A stretch of 64,000 bases of DNA from Dictyostelium discoideum (Eukaryota). Positions 63,986 to 64,000 of this stretch are shown one piece after another; the stretch's first letter is position 1; every line of letters starts with the position of its first letter. The notes beneath the pieces were generated by a model, which ran no database searches, was not told where the DNA came from, and was given only the letters and a program-made list of their open reading frames with translations. Both the position numbers and the translations under genes were made by a program. The stretch spans positions 5,984,001 through 6,048,000 of the forward strand of contig CM000151.3 of assembly GCA_000004695.1 (NCBI GenBank), written 5' to 3'.

Positions 63986-64000
63986 TTAATTTATTAATTT

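Overview
This window is eukaryotic nuclear DNA with the hallmarks of Dictyostelium discoideum. Intergenic and intron sequence is extremely A/T-rich with long homopolymer runs, introns are short (GTAAGT/GTATGT...AG), and many CDS carry poly-Asn, Gln or Thr tracts. I found no rRNA or tRNA genes, no CRISPR array and no prokaryotic operons.

About 30 protein-coding genes are supportable. Most of the window is ordinary Dictyostelium chromosome.
- Recognised genes: cyclin B (destruction box RGALSDLTN, 2 exons), LSm6, THO complex subunit 1 (4 exons), tandem caffeoyl-CoA O-methyltransferase duplicates (omt5/omt6-like), an SDE2 homolog, a GH2 beta-mannosidase, an MRM1-like SpoU/TrmH rRNA methyltransferase, and a 4-exon Na+/H+ exchanger (674 aa).
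- Two paralogous bacterial-type maltose/galactoside O-acetyltransferases, each followed on the same strand by a small CxxC...CxxC zinc-ribbon ORF.
- A divergent DEAD-box helicase with a ~480-bp coding (AAT)n tract, a secreted Kelch-propeller protein, an Mpo1/DUF962-like protein, an NT-C2+coiled-coil+DIL protein, and a 3'-partial ankyrin+C1+EF-hand-like protein.

Two regions stand out.
1. The left ~6 kb looks like a remnant of a virus-like or mobile element.
   - Its coding sequence is visibly GC-richer than the host genes around it.
   - It carries a YqaJ-type PD-(D/E)XK exonuclease ORF that runs off the 5' edge of the window, apparently preceded by an intron acceptor.
   - Next is a structured forward-inverted-forward ~45-bp repeat cluster.
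   - A 5'-truncated FtsK-HerA/A32-like packaging-ATPase fragment follows, with the GRHYH...TQ sensor region present and the Walker A region absent.
   - Five collinear small ORFs sit on the minus strand separated by only 4-30 bp; that spacing is atypical for Dictyostelium nuclear genes and typical of viral or Polinton-like gene blocks.
   - A Gly-rich/Cys-rich ORF pair completes the block.
2. Region 6850-15330 is a ~3.5-kb tandem triplication. Each of the three unit genes (a small Cys-rich secreted protein, lsm6, and a P-loop GTPase-like gene) survives intact in a different copy and is a pseudogene or deleted elsewhere.

Splice sites were placed by eye. Most were checked against the frames of the supplied ORF track. 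A few (first P-loop exon, NHE exon 1 donor) may be off by a few nt.
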